In this document: in pieces, positions 39,851 to 50,800 of the stretch
Numbering within the stretch: position 1 is the stretch's first letter
How the letters are laid out: the number at the start of each line of letters is the position of its first letter
From: a bacterium
GTDB lineage: Bacteria; Zhuqueibacterota; Zhuqueibacteria; Residuimicrobiales; Krinioviventaceae
Length of the DNA stretch: 64,000 bases
Direction of reading: 5' to 3'
NCBI GenBank assembly: GCA_963674595.2
Contig: CAXXFV010000016.1
Coordinates: forward strand, 128,001-192,000
The notes under the pieces: generated by a model
Databases searched by the model: none
The model's input: only the letters and a program-made list of their open reading frames with translations
What the model was told of the DNA's origin: nothing
Program-made: the position numbers and the translations under genes

Positions 39851-40396
39851 TTAAAATCCAAGGTCTTTGCTTATTTTTTGCATGGCCTGGATAGATAGTG
39901 TTATAAAGTTTTCAAGTGATAAATTTATTTCTTCACAGGAACGAATTTGGTCCCGGTTTGCCCCACGAGCAAAGCTCTTTTCCTTAAACCTTCGTAATAC
40001 AAAATCCGCATCAAGAGCTGCAAGCTTTTTATCCGGGTGCATTAAAACTGCGGCAACAACAAGCCCGGTTACAGGATCTGCTGCATAGAGTGCCTTGTCC
40101 AGCAAACTTTTTCGTTCAGCTAAATTATTGTGACATTTAATGGAATAAATGATTTCGTTCGGAAGATTGTATGGTTCTAATAGTTGTTCTGTTACCAGTG
40201 TATGTTTTTCAGGAGTATTTACTGTTTCTTCATAGTCCAGATCATGTAATAATCCTGTCAGGCCCCAAAGCTCTTCCGATTCTCCAAAATGTATAGCCAA
40301 TTCACGCATAACAGCTTCTACCGCTAATACATGTTTGAACAGGTTTTTGTTTGAAAAACGCGGTTTGGCCAGGTTATAAGCTTCTTGACGAGTCAA
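39851..40396 (-). CDS. HD/HDIG-domain hydrolase
   Basis: 'KHVLAVEAVM', 'GLLHDLDYE', 'FARGANR'. Confidence 0.85.
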   Translation of the reverse strand: MTRQEAYNLAKPRFSNKNLFKHVLAVEAVMRELAIHFGESEELWGLTGLLHDLDYEETVNTPEKHTLVTEQLLEPYNLPNEIIYSIKCHNNLAERKSLLDKALYAADPVTGLVVAAVLMHPDKKLAALDADFVLRRFKEKSFARGANRDQIRSCEEINLSLENFITLSIQAMQKISKDLGF

Positions 40397-40413
40397 AATA
40401 TATCCTTAATAAT

Positions 40414-41787
40414 TTAAAAATAATTTCGAGTGATCACAATATAAATAAAAATTAACAATATTGCAAATGGACAGATAAAACGAATGAGAAAAGACCATAT
40501 TTTATTTACATGAAATACATTACCTGCCTGTTCGATTTCAGTTTTAACCGAAGCAACACCCCATTTATAGGCTACGAACAACGAGATGAAAAAAGCGCCG
40601 ATGGTTAGAGAATAGTTTCCTAAAATAATATTTGCCATATCCAGAAACCCTTTACCCAGTAGCGGCAGCTTTGTAAAAAATGATGAAGCGCCGAGTGAAA
40701 GGGCAGATGGTATTCCTATAACAAAGGCTATTAACGCTGTTATGATAGATGCTTTTTTACGGGACCATTTTTTTTCATCTACAAAATAGGCAACCGGTAC
40801 TTCAAGTAATGAGATTGTGGAAGTTAATGCAGCCACACTTAACAACAGGAAAAAGCCGGCTCCAAAAAATAATCCTAACGGTATTTTGGCAAAAATACTG
40901 GGTAAAACAACAAAGACAAGTCCGGGACCGCCGGCTGGGTCCATATTCATAGCAAACAGGGCCGGAAATGTCATCAGACCGGCAATTATGGCTATAAGGG
41001 TATCAAACAAACAAACATAACCGGCAGAAATATAAATATTATCTTTTTTGGCTATATAACTGCCATAGGTAATCATGGTGCCCATTCCCAAACTTAGGGA
41101 AAACAGGGCCTGTCCCAATGCTTTGGCAATAGTTCCGGCTCCGATTTTGCTGAAATCTGGGCTTAGATAAAATGAAAGTCCTTTTGATGCACCCGGCAAT
41201 GTTACGGATCGAAGGGTTAAAAGTATAAGCAAAACAAAAAGAACAGGCATAAGAATTTTTGCCCAGCGTTCAATTCCTTTGGAAACGCCGCGCATAACGA
41301 CCATTGCTGTAATTGTTATAAATAAAAACAGGGACCCAATTTCCAATAGCGGGTTTGCAACAAAATTTTCAAAGATTTCTACGGATTTTTCCGGAGATGT
41401 AAGGTTGGAAAAATTTCCCATCAGTGTTTTTACAAAGTATCCGAATGTCCAGCCGGCGATAACGGAATAGTAAGATAAAATACCAATGCCGGTAATGACG
41501 CCTAAAAGTCCCAATAACGGCCACAGTGTTCCGGGGGCCAATTTTTTAAAAGCACCATAGGGATTGAGCTGTGTGTTTCTGCCGACTGTTAATTCAGCAA
41601 TCATTACAGGAGTTCCGATTAATATAACAAAGACGATATATAACAAAACAAATGCAGCGCCGCCATTTTCACCGGTTACATAGGGAAAACGCCAGATATT
41701 ACCCAGCCCAATAGCAGACCCGGATGCTGCTAAAATAAAACCGATTTTAGAACCCCATTTATCTCGCTGAATCTCGGATTGACTCAC
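40414..41787 (-). CDS. Sodium-dependent transporter, NSS/SNF family
   Basis: 'RDKWGSKIGFILAASGSAIGLGNIWRFPY...NGGAAF'. Confidence 0.93.
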   Translation of the reverse strand: MSQSEIQRDKWGSKIGFILAASGSAIGLGNIWRFPYVTGENGGAAFVLLYIVFVILIGTPVMIAELTVGRNTQLNPYGAFKKLAPGTLWPLLGLLGVITGIGILSYYSVIAGWTFGYFVKTLMGNFSNLTSPEKSVEIFENFVANPLLEIGSLFLFITITAMVVMRGVSKGIERWAKILMPVLFVLLILLTLRSVTLPGASKGLSFYLSPDFSKIGAGTIAKALGQALFSLSLGMGTMITYGSYIAKKDNIYISAGYVCLFDTLIAIIAGLMTFPALFAMNMDPAGGPGLVFVVLPSIFAKIPLGLFFGAGFFLLLSVAALTSTISLLEVPVAYFVDEKKWSRKKASIITALIAFVIGIPSALSLGASSFFTKLPLLGKGFLDMANIILGNYSLTIGAFFISLFVAYKWGVASVKTEIEQAGNVFHVNKIWSFLIRFICPFAILLIFIYIVITRNYF

Positions 41788-41804
41788 AAACTCCTCCGAT
41801 AGTG

Positions 41805-42332
41805 TTATTTACCTAATTTTATATTTAAAGAACAAAAGTATATAATAGATGACGGTTCGTTGTTTTTATATTGATAATATGTCAAGTTTGGACTTTCATC
41901 AAAATCAAACAATTGTGCATCGACATAGGCATCTGTCATGCTTATTAATATTGCAGCGGCAAGCCACCAGAACGATAAATTTCGGTTATCAATATAAAAA
42001 TCGTGATCAATTGTGGTGGTTGACTGGTTTGCCAAATGATTTTGTATTACGGCATTTACAATGAGACCAATTTCCGTACCGCCAAATAAAAGGGCTTTAA
42101 ATTTTTTACCATTATAAAGTTGTCCCCATCCCGGAAGCGCCACAGAACGAAGCATTGCGCCTCGGGGTGATTTAATGGATGTTATAACCGAGTCTTGACT
42201 TGTTTTGGTAGATAATGTGTCTTGCTGCGCAAATTTCAGCTCTTCCGGAGTCTCTTGAGAAATTGATGGTTTATAAAAAGCCGCAATAAAGAATATAAGT
42301 ATATAAAATGATAATTTATTCATCTTATTCAA
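41805..42332 (-). CDS. DUF5683-like exported/membrane protein
   Basis: 'KSPRGAMLRSVALPGWGQLYNG', 'DAYVDAQL'. Confidence 0.75.
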   Translation of the reverse strand: MNKMNKLSFYILIFFIAAFYKPSISQETPEELKFAQQDTLSTKTSQDSVITSIKSPRGAMLRSVALPGWGQLYNGKKFKALLFGGTEIGLIVNAVIQNHLANQSTTTIDHDFYIDNRNLSFWWLAAAILISMTDAYVDAQLFDFDESPNLTYYQYKNNEPSSIIYFCSLNIKLGK

Positions 42333-42705
42333 TAACAGCTATGGCTTCTATTTCAACTTGTGCATCTTTGGGTAAACGTGCAACTTCAACCGCAGACCTG
42401 GCAGGTGGATTTTCAGTGAAAAATTCAGCATAGACACTGTTCATGTCGGCAAAGCTATTCATGTCTTTTAAAAATACAGTCGTTTTTATGACGTTACCCA
42501 TGTTTGTACCGGCGGCTTCAAGAATAGCTTGCAGGTTTTGCAGGGCCTTTTTGGTTTGGGCCTCTATACCACCCTGCACCATCAAACCTGTTTCTGCATC
42601 AAGACCGAGTTGACCGGCTGTATATACAAGATTAGAGATCATAACAGCCTGGCTATATGGGCCGATAGCTGCCGGAGCATTTTTTGTATTGACTATTTTT
42701 TTCAT
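42325..42705 (-). CDS. ridA: RidA (YjgF/UK114) reactive-intermediate deaminase
   Basis: 'APAAIGPYSQA', 'PPARSAVEVARLPK..VEIEAIA'. Confidence 0.93.
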   Translation of the reverse strand: MKKIVNTKNAPAAIGPYSQAVMISNLVYTAGQLGLDAETGLMVQGGIEAQTKKALQNLQAILEAAGTNMGNVIKTTVFLKDMNSFADMNSVYAEFFTENPPARSAVEVARLPKDAQVEIEAIAVIE

Positions 42706-42707
42706 AA

Positions 42708-44012
42708 TTAGATTTCCTTCAAGTATGATCGGGAATAGTAGGTCTCAAATAATTCGACAATACTCAAATTATTATGTGTTTGAGTTTGATTGTCCAGCAA
42801 ATTTTCAAGACTGAATTGTGACAGTTTTTTCAAATCCTCTGTGTCTATGAATTGTTTATTTTCTTCTTCAAGAATGAGGACAAGTCTGTCCAGGGTTACT
42901 TTTTTAAACGCTTCAACAAAAAACTTGTCAAAATGAACACCGGTACCGTCTGTTAAAAGTTTCATGACTTTGTGTATGTCCATTCTGTCTCTATAATGCC
43001 GTTTCGATGTCAAGGCATCAAAAACATCGGCAACGGCCAGTATTTTACCTAATTTTGGAATTTCGTCCCCTTTTAAACCGCTTGGGTATCCGCTTCCATC
43101 CAGCTTTTCATGATGCGAGGCGGCAATCAACGGCACTTGTTTTAAATGCCTGGCAAAATTTATTTTTTCCAGAATACTTTTTGTATAAAGGGGGTGCCTT
43201 TTAATATGTTTGTATTCCTGTTCTGTTAATTGACCGTCTTTTGTTAATATAGCTTCTCTGATAGCGATTTTGCCGTAATCATGCAAAAGGGCGGCGGTGC
43301 GCAATACTTCACGCTCTTTGTCATCGAGATTTATAACCTGAGCAATTTCGTCTGCGTATAGAGCAATACGTTTTGAATGTCCGGCTGTCATGGGGTCCCG
43401 GGCGTCAATCGTACTCGCCAAGGTTTCTACAAAACTTTCAAAGGTCTTTTTTTGTTCAGCGTATAATTGAGCGTTTTCAATTTGAGTTGCCGCAATAACG
43501 GAAATTGTATTTAATAGCTCTTCATCTGTTTCTGTAAACGGTCCGCCGATTTTATTTAAAGCCTGAAAAACACCAATTACATCACCCAGCTTGTTACGCA
43601 TGGCTGTTGTTAAAATACTTTGCGTACGGTAACCTGTTTTTTTATCTATATCGGGATTAAACCGGGAATCGGCATAGGCATCGGGAATGTTTAAGGATTC
43701 TCCGGTTGTGGCTACCTGTCCGGCAATACCCAAATGACTTGCAAAACGAATTTCTTTTTCTCCGTGAGCAACACGGCTCCAGAGTTCATTTTTATCTTTG
43801 TCTAATATAAAAACAGTGCAACGGTCGCAGTGTAAAACATTTTTTACTTCATCCATAATCAGCATGAGCAGGCGGTCGAGTACCAGTTCGCGGGAGATGT
43901 TGCGTGTTACATTTACAACGAGTTTCAGTTTTTCGTGTTCTTCGCGAAAAAGCTCCAGCTCTTCTAAATCCGGATTATTTATTTCATTGTCATGATCCAT
44001 GTGATCAACCAC
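42708..44012 (-). CDS. GAF + HD-GYP cyclic dinucleotide phosphodiesterase
   Basis: GAF 'DSRFNPDIDKKTGYRT', 'LNK..F...DE'; 'LHDYGK', 'HHEKLDGSGYP'. Confidence 0.9.
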   Translation of the reverse strand: MVDHMDHDNEINNPDLEELELFREEHEKLKLVVNVTRNISRELVLDRLLMLIMDEVKNVLHCDRCTVFILDKDKNELWSRVAHGEKEIRFASHLGIAGQVATTGESLNIPDAYADSRFNPDIDKKTGYRTQSILTTAMRNKLGDVIGVFQALNKIGGPFTETDEELLNTISVIAATQIENAQLYAEQKKTFESFVETLASTIDARDPMTAGHSKRIALYADEIAQVINLDDKEREVLRTAALLHDYGKIAIREAILTKDGQLTEQEYKHIKRHPLYTKSILEKINFARHLKQVPLIAASHHEKLDGSGYPSGLKGDEIPKLGKILAVADVFDALTSKRHYRDRMDIHKVMKLLTDGTGVHFDKFFVEAFKKVTLDRLVLILEEENKQFIDTEDLKKLSQFSLENLLDNQTQTHNNLSIVELFETYYSRSYLKEI

Positions 44013-44021
44013 TTTAAATTT

Positions 44022-45881
44022 TTACAGACGGAACTGCATGTTATAAAGTTTTTGGTAGAGTCCTGGTTTGTTTTGCAGCTCAGCATGTGTCCCTGCTTGC
44101 ACGATCTCTCCTTTATCCAGAACTATAATCTGGTCTGCATGTAAAATGGTTGAAAGTCGATGTGCAATGACAAAAGATGTTCTGTTTTTCATTAAACGTT
44201 CAATTGCTTGCTGAACCAGTAATTCTGATTCGGTGTCCAATGCTGAGGTGGCTTCATCTAAAATTAGAATGGGCGGATTTTTTAACACAGCGCGTGCAAT
44301 GGCCAGTCTTTGACGCTGGCCTCCGGAAAGAGTAACGCCTCTTTCTCCAATATTCGTATCATACCCATTCGGAAGGTTGCTGATAAATTGATGTGCATTA
44401 GCTATTTTTGCTGCTTCTATAATTTCATTTAATGATTTTTCTGTTTCACCATAAGCAATATTATTTCGAACCGTATCATTAAATAATATTGTCTCCTGTG
44501 TTACTATGCCCATAAGTCTTCTCAGGCTTGCCAGATCCATTTCTATAAGGTCTATATTGTCCAATAAAATTTGACCTTCTATGGGATCATAAAAACGGGG
44601 TATCAAATCGACGAGAGTTGATTTTCCTCCGCCGCTTGGCCCTACAATGGCCAGAATATTTCCTTTTTCAACATTAACTGATATGTTTTTTAAAACCAGG
44701 TCTTTTTTGTTATAATAAAAGCTGACGTTTTTAAATTCCAGGGAGGTCCGGAAATCAGACACTTTTTTTGCAGATGTTGTGTTGTATATTATGGGTTTTG
44801 TATCCAATACCCGAAAGACACGTTCTCCGGCTGCCAATGCTTCCTGGATTCTGTTATTAACACTGGACAGTTCTTTGATAGGCTGGCCAAGTGAAAAAAT
44901 AATTACCAGAAACATAATAAACTGTTCCGGTGCCAGTAATTCACCTTTGAGCACCTGCTGCCCGCCATAATAAAGAATGGCAACGGCTATACTCGTTCCC
45001 AAAAATTCTGTCAGAGGGGAAGCCAGGTTACTTGTTCTTGTGATTTTTAACAAGCTTTTAAAATATTTTTGTGTTTCCGAGGTAAATTTGCCTATTTCGA
45101 ATTTTTCCATGGCAAAAGCTTTAACCACCCGGATACCGGAGATGGTTTCCTGTAATACGGACGTAACGTCTGCCATTTTTTCCTGTGAATGGGTGCTTTG
45201 TTTTCGCAGTTTGTGCCCGATTATACTTATTACTCCCAGGCTGATAGGGGCTATCACCAGAGAGATTATTGTCAATTTCCAGCTTAAAAAAACAGCCAGA
45301 GATAATAAAACTAAAATGGTTAGAGGATTTTTTACCAGTGTTACAAAACCGGCAGATACGCCGTTGTTGATCAGGGTAACGTCGTTGGTTATTCGGGATA
45401 TAATTTGCCCTGTTCGCGTTTTATGAAAATAAGCAAGAGAGAGTTCGTTGATATGTTTGTAAAGATCGTTCCTCAGGTCTCGTATGACACTTTGTTCTAC
45501 CTGCGCCATGAGAAATATTTGAAAATATCCGAAAAAACTTTTAAAAAAGAATAGAGTAAGGATAAAGAAACATATTCTTTTTAATGAATTTTTTCTGTTT
45601 TCGCCCTGAAGGACTTCGTAAAAAGATTGTAATATTTTTTCTTTTTTTGCCTGAAGAGACTTGGGAATAAATGAATCTACAAGATCATCAGACGAACCCT
45701 CCGATTGAACAACAACACTTGAAGTTTGATCAGGTTGGGAAAAAATAGTTTGTAAGAAAGGGCCGATAGTGAAAAGTGACAAGCTGTTAAAAATGGTATA
45801 AAATATAATACACAGAATTGAGCCGGTTAAACTTAGCCAATAAGGTTTAATATATACTAGAATTCTGGAAAAGATTTTCAT
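44022..45881 (-). CDS. MsbA-like ABC exporter (fused TMD-NBD)
   Basis: TM domain plus 'GPSGGGKST', 'LSGGQRQR', 'LDEATSALD'. Confidence 0.9.
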   Translation of the reverse strand: MKIFSRILVYIKPYWLSLTGSILCIIFYTIFNSLSLFTIGPFLQTIFSQPDQTSSVVVQSEGSSDDLVDSFIPKSLQAKKEKILQSFYEVLQGENRKNSLKRICFFILTLFFFKSFFGYFQIFLMAQVEQSVIRDLRNDLYKHINELSLAYFHKTRTGQIISRITNDVTLINNGVSAGFVTLVKNPLTILVLLSLAVFLSWKLTIISLVIAPISLGVISIIGHKLRKQSTHSQEKMADVTSVLQETISGIRVVKAFAMEKFEIGKFTSETQKYFKSLLKITRTSNLASPLTEFLGTSIAVAILYYGGQQVLKGELLAPEQFIMFLVIIFSLGQPIKELSSVNNRIQEALAAGERVFRVLDTKPIIYNTTSAKKVSDFRTSLEFKNVSFYYNKKDLVLKNISVNVEKGNILAIVGPSGGGKSTLVDLIPRFYDPIEGQILLDNIDLIEMDLASLRRLMGIVTQETILFNDTVRNNIAYGETEKSLNEIIEAAKIANAHQFISNLPNGYDTNIGERGVTLSGGQRQRLAIARAVLKNPPILILDEATSALDTESELLVQQAIERLMKNRTSFVIAHRLSTILHADQIIVLDKGEIVQAGTHAELQNKPGLYQKLYNMQFRL

Positions 45882-45893
45882 AAATAGTCACAA

Positions 45894-46067
45894 TTATTCT
45901 TTTGTTTCTTTAAAGTCAACATCTTCAACGTCTTCTTTAGACAGGTCCAATGGTTTTGCTTTGGATTTTCCTTTTATTTCAACGTCCGGTTTGGTCGTTT
46001 TAACAACGTTTTTTAACAGTTTTATCATCCAATAGATAACAAGACCATAAATTATATATCGGAGCAT
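45894..46067 (-). CDS. 57-aa single-TM protein with an acidic tail (below the ORF-track cutoff)
   Basis: Translated by hand: MLRYIIYGLVIYWMIKLLKNVVKTTKPDVEIKGKSKAKPLDLSKEDVEDVDFKETKE; AAGGA upstream; fills the gap between two co-oriented genes. Confidence 0.7.
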   Translation of the reverse strand: MLRYIIYGLVIYWMIKLLKNVVKTTKPDVEIKGKSKAKPLDLSKEDVEDVDFKETKE

Positions 46068-46124
46068 GACTTTTAGCTGTCCTTATATTTAAAAAAGATT
46101 AAAATAGCAAAGGTTTATTTGAAT

Positions 46125-46760
46125 TTATCCGGCAGGCGAATAATATTCAATGCCCGAATGAGGTCTCATAATTTGGCGTGCCAGATCTTCAAAATCTTCT
46201 TTGTTGTTGACAAAATCAATTAATGTACAATTGACAACCAGCAAAGGTGTATCCGTATAATGAAAGAAAAAGCGGTTATAGGCCTCATTTAAAGATTTGA
46301 TATAGTCATCGGAAATGTCTTTTTCAAAAGTACGCCCGCGTCTGCGAATGTTTGCCATTAATCGTTCCTGTGTGGACTGTAAAAAGACAACCAGGTCCGG
46401 CTTTTGTATGTTTTGTTCCAAAAGCGACGCCACACGGTCATAAAGAAAAAGTTCTCTGTCATCCAGATTTAAATGGGCAAAAATACGATCTTTGGCAAAA
46501 AGATAGTCTGAAACCATAATTTCATGAAAAAGGTCCGGTTGAAAACCTTCCTGTTGTTGGCGATAACGGCTTAGCAGAAAAAAAAGCTGTGCTTGAAACG
46601 CAAATCGCTGGGGGTCTTTGTAAAAATCCTGAAGAAAAGGATTTTCCTCAGGACGTTCATAAATAACCTTGGCGTCAAGCCATTCGCCAAGCATTCGGGT
46701 CAAGCTTGTTTTACCGACGCCGATAACTCCTTCAATGCAAATATATTTTGGTATTGGCAT
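46125..46760 (-). CDS. Deoxynucleoside kinase
   Basis: 'IEGVIGVGKTS', 'NPFLQDFY', 'QLFFLLSRY', 'RGRTFE'. Confidence 0.92.
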   Translation of the reverse strand: MPIPKYICIEGVIGVGKTSLTRMLGEWLDAKVIYERPEENPFLQDFYKDPQRFAFQAQLFFLLSRYRQQQEGFQPDLFHEIMVSDYLFAKDRIFAHLNLDDRELFLYDRVASLLEQNIQKPDLVVFLQSTQERLMANIRRRGRTFEKDISDDYIKSLNEAYNRFFFHYTDTPLLVVNCTLIDFVNNKEDFEDLARQIMRPHSGIEYYSPAG

Positions 46761-46762
46761 TG

Positions 46763-47287
46763 TTAATCCTCTTTTGGCTTGTAAATAAAAGAATCAGAGG
46801 TTTTGTATAAATCAACTTTGCTATTGTCTGTTGTTTGTTCAAGCAACGTTTTTACGTCCTTGTCAAATCCGGTGATTTTATAATTCGGTTCAATCTCTGC
46901 TAACGGTATTAACACAAATTTTCGGTGCGGAATTTCCGGGTGTGGAATTATTAAATCGATTTCATATATTTCCAGGTTTTCCCAACACAAAATATCAATA
47001 TCAATAATACGAGGTCCCCATTTTTTAAAACGAATACGACCCATTTCATTTTCAATGTTTTGCAGTTTAGTTAAAAGCAGGGTCGGTGCCATGAGAACGT
47101 ATATTTCGATAACGATATTTAAAAAATTGTTTTGTTCTTTCAGGCCTACGGGCTCGGTTTCATAAATACTTGAGATTGTTTGAATTTCACATGTAGGTAT
47201 TTTTTGAATGTGATGTAAAGCCTGAGAAATGTGCTTAAACCTGTCACCAATATTTGAACCAAGACCTAAAAAAACTCTGTGTCTCAT
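46763..47287 (-). CDS. folK: 2-amino-4-hydroxy-6-hydroxymethyldihydropteridine pyrophosphokinase
   Basis: 'LGLGSNIGDR', 'SSIYETEP', 'WGPRIIDIDIL', 'IPHP'. Confidence 0.96.
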   Translation of the reverse strand: MRHRVFLGLGSNIGDRFKHISQALHHIQKIPTCEIQTISSIYETEPVGLKEQNNFLNIVIEIYVLMAPTLLLTKLQNIENEMGRIRFKKWGPRIIDIDILCWENLEIYEIDLIIPHPEIPHRKFVLIPLAEIEPNYKITGFDKDVKTLLEQTTDNSKVDLYKTSDSFIYKPKED

Positions 47288-47658
47288 TCGTTATTCCTAC
47301 GGCTACGAGTCATTTCCAATTCTGTTCCGTTTGCAAGACCTCCCAGCGGAGCCAGAGGCTTCCGGACACGAATAGTAACATCCATTACGTTGTATTTTTC
47401 TAAAATCTTTTCAATGATTCGGTTGCCGATTGTTTCTATTAATGAAAACCTTTCATGCAAGACTATGCTTTGAACATCTGAATATACAGTCCGCACATCG
47501 ATCGTATCTTTTAATTTGTCAGATTGTGCTGCCTTTGAGGCGTCAAAGGTTATTTCAACATCAACTTCAAATCGCTGGCCGTTTTTTATTTCATCATGTT
47601 CCAGCCCATGATAGGCATGAAAAGTCATGCCGTTTATACGAAGTTTATCTTTAGGCAT
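47284..47658 (-). CDS. folB: Dihydroneopterin aldolase
   Basis: 'FHAYHG...E...GQRFEVD', 'LIET', 'VRKP.AP'. Confidence 0.9.
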   Translation of the reverse strand: MPKDKLRINGMTFHAYHGLEHDEIKNGQRFEVDVEITFDASKAAQSDKLKDTIDVRTVYSDVQSIVLHERFSLIETIGNRIIEKILEKYNVMDVTIRVRKPLAPLGGLANGTELEMTRSRRNNE

Positions 47659-47691
47659 TTATCAAGTCGTTTTAATTAAAAAAGTAGCTCA

Positions 47692-47720
47692 AATATATTA
47701 AAATATGCTGCGATTGTCAA
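47692..47720 (-). promoter_or_regulatory. Sigma70 promoter heading the folB-led minus-strand gene run
   Basis: Minus-strand TTGACA-17 nt-TATATT, about 33 nt upstream of folB. Confidence 0.65.
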
Positions 47721-47899
47721 GACAAAATCCCTGTCAAAAGGTGGCCTAAAAACAAGAAAACCATGAGGAAAAAAGTATTTATTATACGCAAGCCCGATGA
47801 TTTTTAGTATTAATTAACAACCAAAGGTTGATTATTATTGTAAAAAATTATTACATTATTCGATTGCAAATTTTAAACATCTTGTTGTAATAGCACCAT

Positions 47900-50800
47900 G
47901 TGGAGACTCCTTTGAAAAAGCTGTATCTTGTACCATTTTTGACCTTGTGTTTGTTTACTTTCCAATTAAAAGCGGCAGAAAAATCTGAGAAAAAATATTC
48001 AGTCCATGCTTATGGTTACAGTTCGGAACTCGTATCACCGGCTCCCAGAGCAGACAGAGGGATACATTATGAAAATGTATCTTTTGAGCAAAATATGCTG
48101 AAAAAACGCAGCCAAACTGATGAAAATAGTAATGAAATAGTTTATTCTTTTTCCAAAGGACGCACTTTACTCGGCCGTGTCGAGGTTGTGTTGTCACCTC
48201 TTGTTGCTGATTCTGATTCTCTAAAGTTAGCGCTTGTGTTTTACAACGCCTCTACTGATCAGGAAAAATCACTTGATCTTTCTTCTTTTAATGATAATGG
48301 TTATATAAACACGGAATTTGAGGGGGTTTATGCATCCGAGGTGACTGTTGTTGTTTCCGGTGTGCCGGACGATCAATCAAATCCTATTCAGGATATGAAT
48401 CTTTATGAAATTGTATTAAGCGATCGTTACCGCATTATGCTTTTGGGTGATTCTATAACAGCCGGTGCCCTGGCAACGGATTATAAAGGTTACCGTCACA
48501 TGCTGTATGATCGTCTGCGTGCAAATAATGTTGAAGTGGATTTTGTGGGTGATTTTGGCGAAGCTCCTTATGAGGGACATTTTGAAGGTGGTCGAAAAAT
48601 TTATGATTTTTATCCACAGTCCATCGGGGGCCGCGCACGTGCAGATGCCACATGGGCAATGAATACCTTTCGGCCGCAAATGGTTGTTATTCATTTGGGT
48701 ACAAATGATTTGGGGGATGGTGTCAACAATATTATACCTTATGATAATGAAGAAGGATTCAGTACTTCGGTTTCCGGGCGAATGGCGACGTTGGTTGATT
48801 ATTTGCTGGATTGGACAACAGATGACGGCGGTTTGGAAAAAATTGTTGTCAATTTAATTACTCCCATCAAAGTTTCACGTGACAGCGCCATGAATTTATA
48901 CACCATGGAAGTGGCCAGACTTGTTCGTGATTTTAAAACCGGTGCTATAACCGGCAAGCCGGAACCGGTTTATATAAGTGATGTTTATTCGCATCTTCGC
49001 GGTCATCCTGATTTGTGGAGCGATGCCTGGAATAAACTGTTGGGAGATGCATTGCATCCCACAACGCGCGGTCATCAGTTTTTGACAGATGCGCTTTATC
49101 CGATAGTTGAAGAATTGGTGACCGGACAAAAAAGAAAGTTCAGTAATGCTACATGGGACCTTGGGATTGGCGGTCTCGACCATCTTTTTGATTTTAAAGG
49201 GGTGGCGGTAGCAGATGTTACAGATCATTACGGAGATGATATTTATATCAGCCGTGTAACAGGGAATTCTGATTTTTCAGAAGATTTGTTTTTTGAAAGC
49301 AAGGCCAACATTCCGTTTAAAGAAAATGCCGATGATTATAATATTGAGGATAAAAAGTTTAGTCAAAGTGCAATTTTTGTTGATGTTGACAATGATGGAG
49401 ATTTTGATCTGTTAAACGGTCACTCTCCCGGTCAAAATTATCTTTACAAGCAGTCTGCTGACCATACCTTTACAAATGTTACCAGTCAGGCCAATATTCA
49501 AAATTATAATCGTTATTCCAAAGCATTGCTGGCATTTGACTGTGAAAATGACGGCGACATGGATTTGCTGGTTATTAATTCAAGAGAGCAAAATGAATTT
49601 TATATCAATCAGGGTGACGGCACATTCGAACTTGAAAATCGTGGAATACTTGAAACAAATGAATCGTCAATTACAACAGAATCCGCCTCTGCCGCCGATT
49701 TTGATATGGACGGCGACGTTGACGTATATATAGCAAAACGGGAAGTTGCTAATAAACTATTTGTAAATGACGGTAATGGCAATTTTACGGAAAAAGCAAG
49801 CCTTGCCGGTGTTAATCTGGTCCATAAAAGCAACGGTGTTGTATGGGCTGATTTGGATAACGACGCAGACCTGGATCTGCTGGTTTCTGTAAATGATTTT
49901 GGCAGCGATTCCAACCCAAAGTTACATGTGTACAAGAATCAGGGTGATGGCACATTTCAGGATGTTACATCTTCTGTGAACATTCCGATGAATGCTTTTT
50001 CGCCCATCGTCGCTGATTTTGATAATGACTCGGACCTGGACATTGTAACAACCGATGAGGTTGATTATGGTTCTTATTATGAAAATTTGGGTAATTGGCA
50101 ATTTCAAAAGGTAGAAAATACCGGTGCGGAAATTTTCGGCGGTGATGTGCGCGGTGCAAGCGTTTTGGATTTTAATCAGGACGGTAATTTGGATTTTGTT
50201 GCTGCCCGTTCCGATGTTTTTAACATTGCTATAGAAAACAATAACGATAATGGTAATAATTATATTAAAGTAAGCGCTTACGGGCCGGATGGCAACATAG
50301 GAGGATTTGGTACAAAGATCTGGATTTTTGAGCCGGGAAGTTTGGGAGATTTTCAACACCTGTTGGGTTTCAGGGAAATTATGTCCACAACAGGGTATTT
50401 GTCGCAATCTTCTCCGGTGCAGCATTTTGGGTTGGCTGGTTTTTCTCAGGTTGATATTCTGGCTGGCTTTACTGATGGAACATTTTTGGCCAAAAGACAT
50501 GTAAATGCCAATCAAACCATTACCATTGAACCGGAAGTACCGGTACTGCCGAACCTTATTCCGGATAATATATCATTGTTAAGCGGCAATAATATTTCCG
50601 GCACTGTAACGCAGCAGTCTAGTGAGCCTATTGTTGTTTCTGTTCAGGATGCTGATAATCAGCCGGTCCCGGGAATGAATGTAGAATTTGAAATTGTGTC
50701 CGGTGATGCACAAATAATAACACCTTTAAATTCCAGTCAAAATATTTGGGTGGAATGTGAAAGCGCCGAGTTGTCCGGTAATATGCGCTGGGTTTATGAT

